Virus record (IMG/VR): IMGVR_UViG_3300010944_000263
Span: 8,980-72,979 of that record
Length of the DNA: 64,000 bases
Reading direction: 5' to 3' (one strand)
DNA from: a virus
Lineage: Duplodnaviria; Caudoviricetes
In this document: one piece after another, positions 63,285 to 64,000 of the stretch
How positions within the stretch are numbered: position 1 is the stretch's first letter
Layout: the number at the start of each line of letters is the position of its first letter
Notes under the pieces: generated by a model
The model's input: only the letters and a program-made list of their open reading frames with translations
Database searches by the model: none
Told to the model about the DNA's origin: nothing
Program-made: the position numbers and the translations under genes

Positions 63285-63851
63285 ATGACGACCGCAATTG
63301 ATCACCCTGTTGCCGTCCTGTGCGTGGCTCGAAACTCGATTTACAAGACAATGGACGGAGTACAGGTTTATGACGACATCAGAGACGCGAGAACTTTTGC
63401 AGGAGGAATGCCGATCGTCGCCCATCCCCCTTGTCGATCATGGTCAGCATACTGTCGCCATCAAGCCAAGCCATTGCCAGGCGAACGAGATCTTGCTCCG
63501 TATTGCGTTGAGTGGCTGGAGAAGTGCGGCGGAGTATTGGAACACCCAGCCCATTCCACTCTCTGGAGTACCCTTGGACTTCCTCGACCTGGAGAGCGAT
63601 CTGTAGGACTGTTCTGGTCTATGCACGTCCAACAATGTTGGTGGGGAGATACCAGAACGAAAAACACTTGGCTTCTGTTCTCAGGAATTGAGCCTAACGA
63701 AATTGAGATACCTTTCACGCTGCACGATCCGCGAGGAGATCGTAGGCGATGGCAGGTAATGAGTAAGCATCAACGATCGGCTACGGTTCCAGCGTTTGCG
63801 ACTTGGCTAGTTGATGTGGCGAGGAAAAGCAGGGCGGCAATAGCGGCCTAG
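63285..63851 (+). CDS. Short C5-cytosine methyltransferase-like protein (paralog B)
   Basis: VAHPPC and VLEHP; clearly homologous to 42235-42852. Confidence 0.55.
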   Translation: MTTAIDHPVAVLCVARNSIYKTMDGVQVYDDIRDARTFAGGMPIVAHPPCRSWSAYCRHQAKPLPGERDLAPYCVEWLEKCGGVLEHPAHSTLWSTLGLPRPGERSVGLFWSMHVQQCWWGDTRTKNTWLLFSGIEPNEIEIPFTLHDPRGDRRRWQVMSKHQRSATVPAFATWLVDVARKSRAAIAA

Positions 63852-63874
63852 ATATCCGCTATTGGGGGGGAATC

Positions 63875-64000
63875 ATGATGCCGAGAAAACGCCCAATGCC
63901 TAAATTGGCGAAGGTTCCAAACAATCGACAGTGCGTTTATTGCTTTGTGTGGTTGGCTCCGGAAAATGTGACAGTCGATCACTTTTACCCGAGTCAGTAT
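63875..64000 (+). CDS. HNH endonuclease-like ORF, truncated by the window end
   Basis: CVYC...TVDHFYPS. Confidence 0.5.
   Translation, partial: MMPRKRPMPKLAKVPNNRQCVYCFVWLAPENVTVDHFYPSQY

Noticed and set aside
1-64000. CRISPR array, rRNA, IS transposase or host housekeeping genes
   Set aside because: No regularly spaced repeats or recognisable motifs seen; the TGACA palindromes are dispersed, not arrayed.

Overview
The window looks like about 64 kb of a tailed dsDNA bacteriophage or prophage with podovirus-like organisation. No cellular housekeeping genes, rRNA or CRISPR array were seen; a Planctomycetota-like host is a weak inference only. Most genes are on the minus strand. Left to right: a recombination/replication block (intein-containing SF2 helicase, ParB-like, ERF, YqaJ exonuclease; 0.4-7.1 kb); a putative lysis/envelope block with a papain-like protease (7.2-10 kb); a 5011-aa DarB-like polyvalent virion protein and tail/ejection genes, including an Erv1/Alr-type sulfhydryl oxidase (10-38.8 kb); a tyrosine integrase plus accessory block that separates tail from head genes (38.8-46.5 kb); the head/packaging module (46.5-58 kb); and a rightward early arm (61.2-64 kb) sharing long inverted repeats with the integrase-linked block. 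The most striking signal is systematic gene overprinting. Two unrelated inteins (helicase, terminase) each carry their homing endonuclease (LAGLIDADG, HNH) as a separate ORF in an alternative reading frame while the intein frame stays open, and small ORFs with their own Shine-Dalgarno sites are nested in linkers of the giant gene. Also notable: a dispersed TGACA-N3-TGTCA palindrome (10 copies) and duplicated tRNA-like/structured RNAs. Family assignments come from motif recognition by eye, not database searches.
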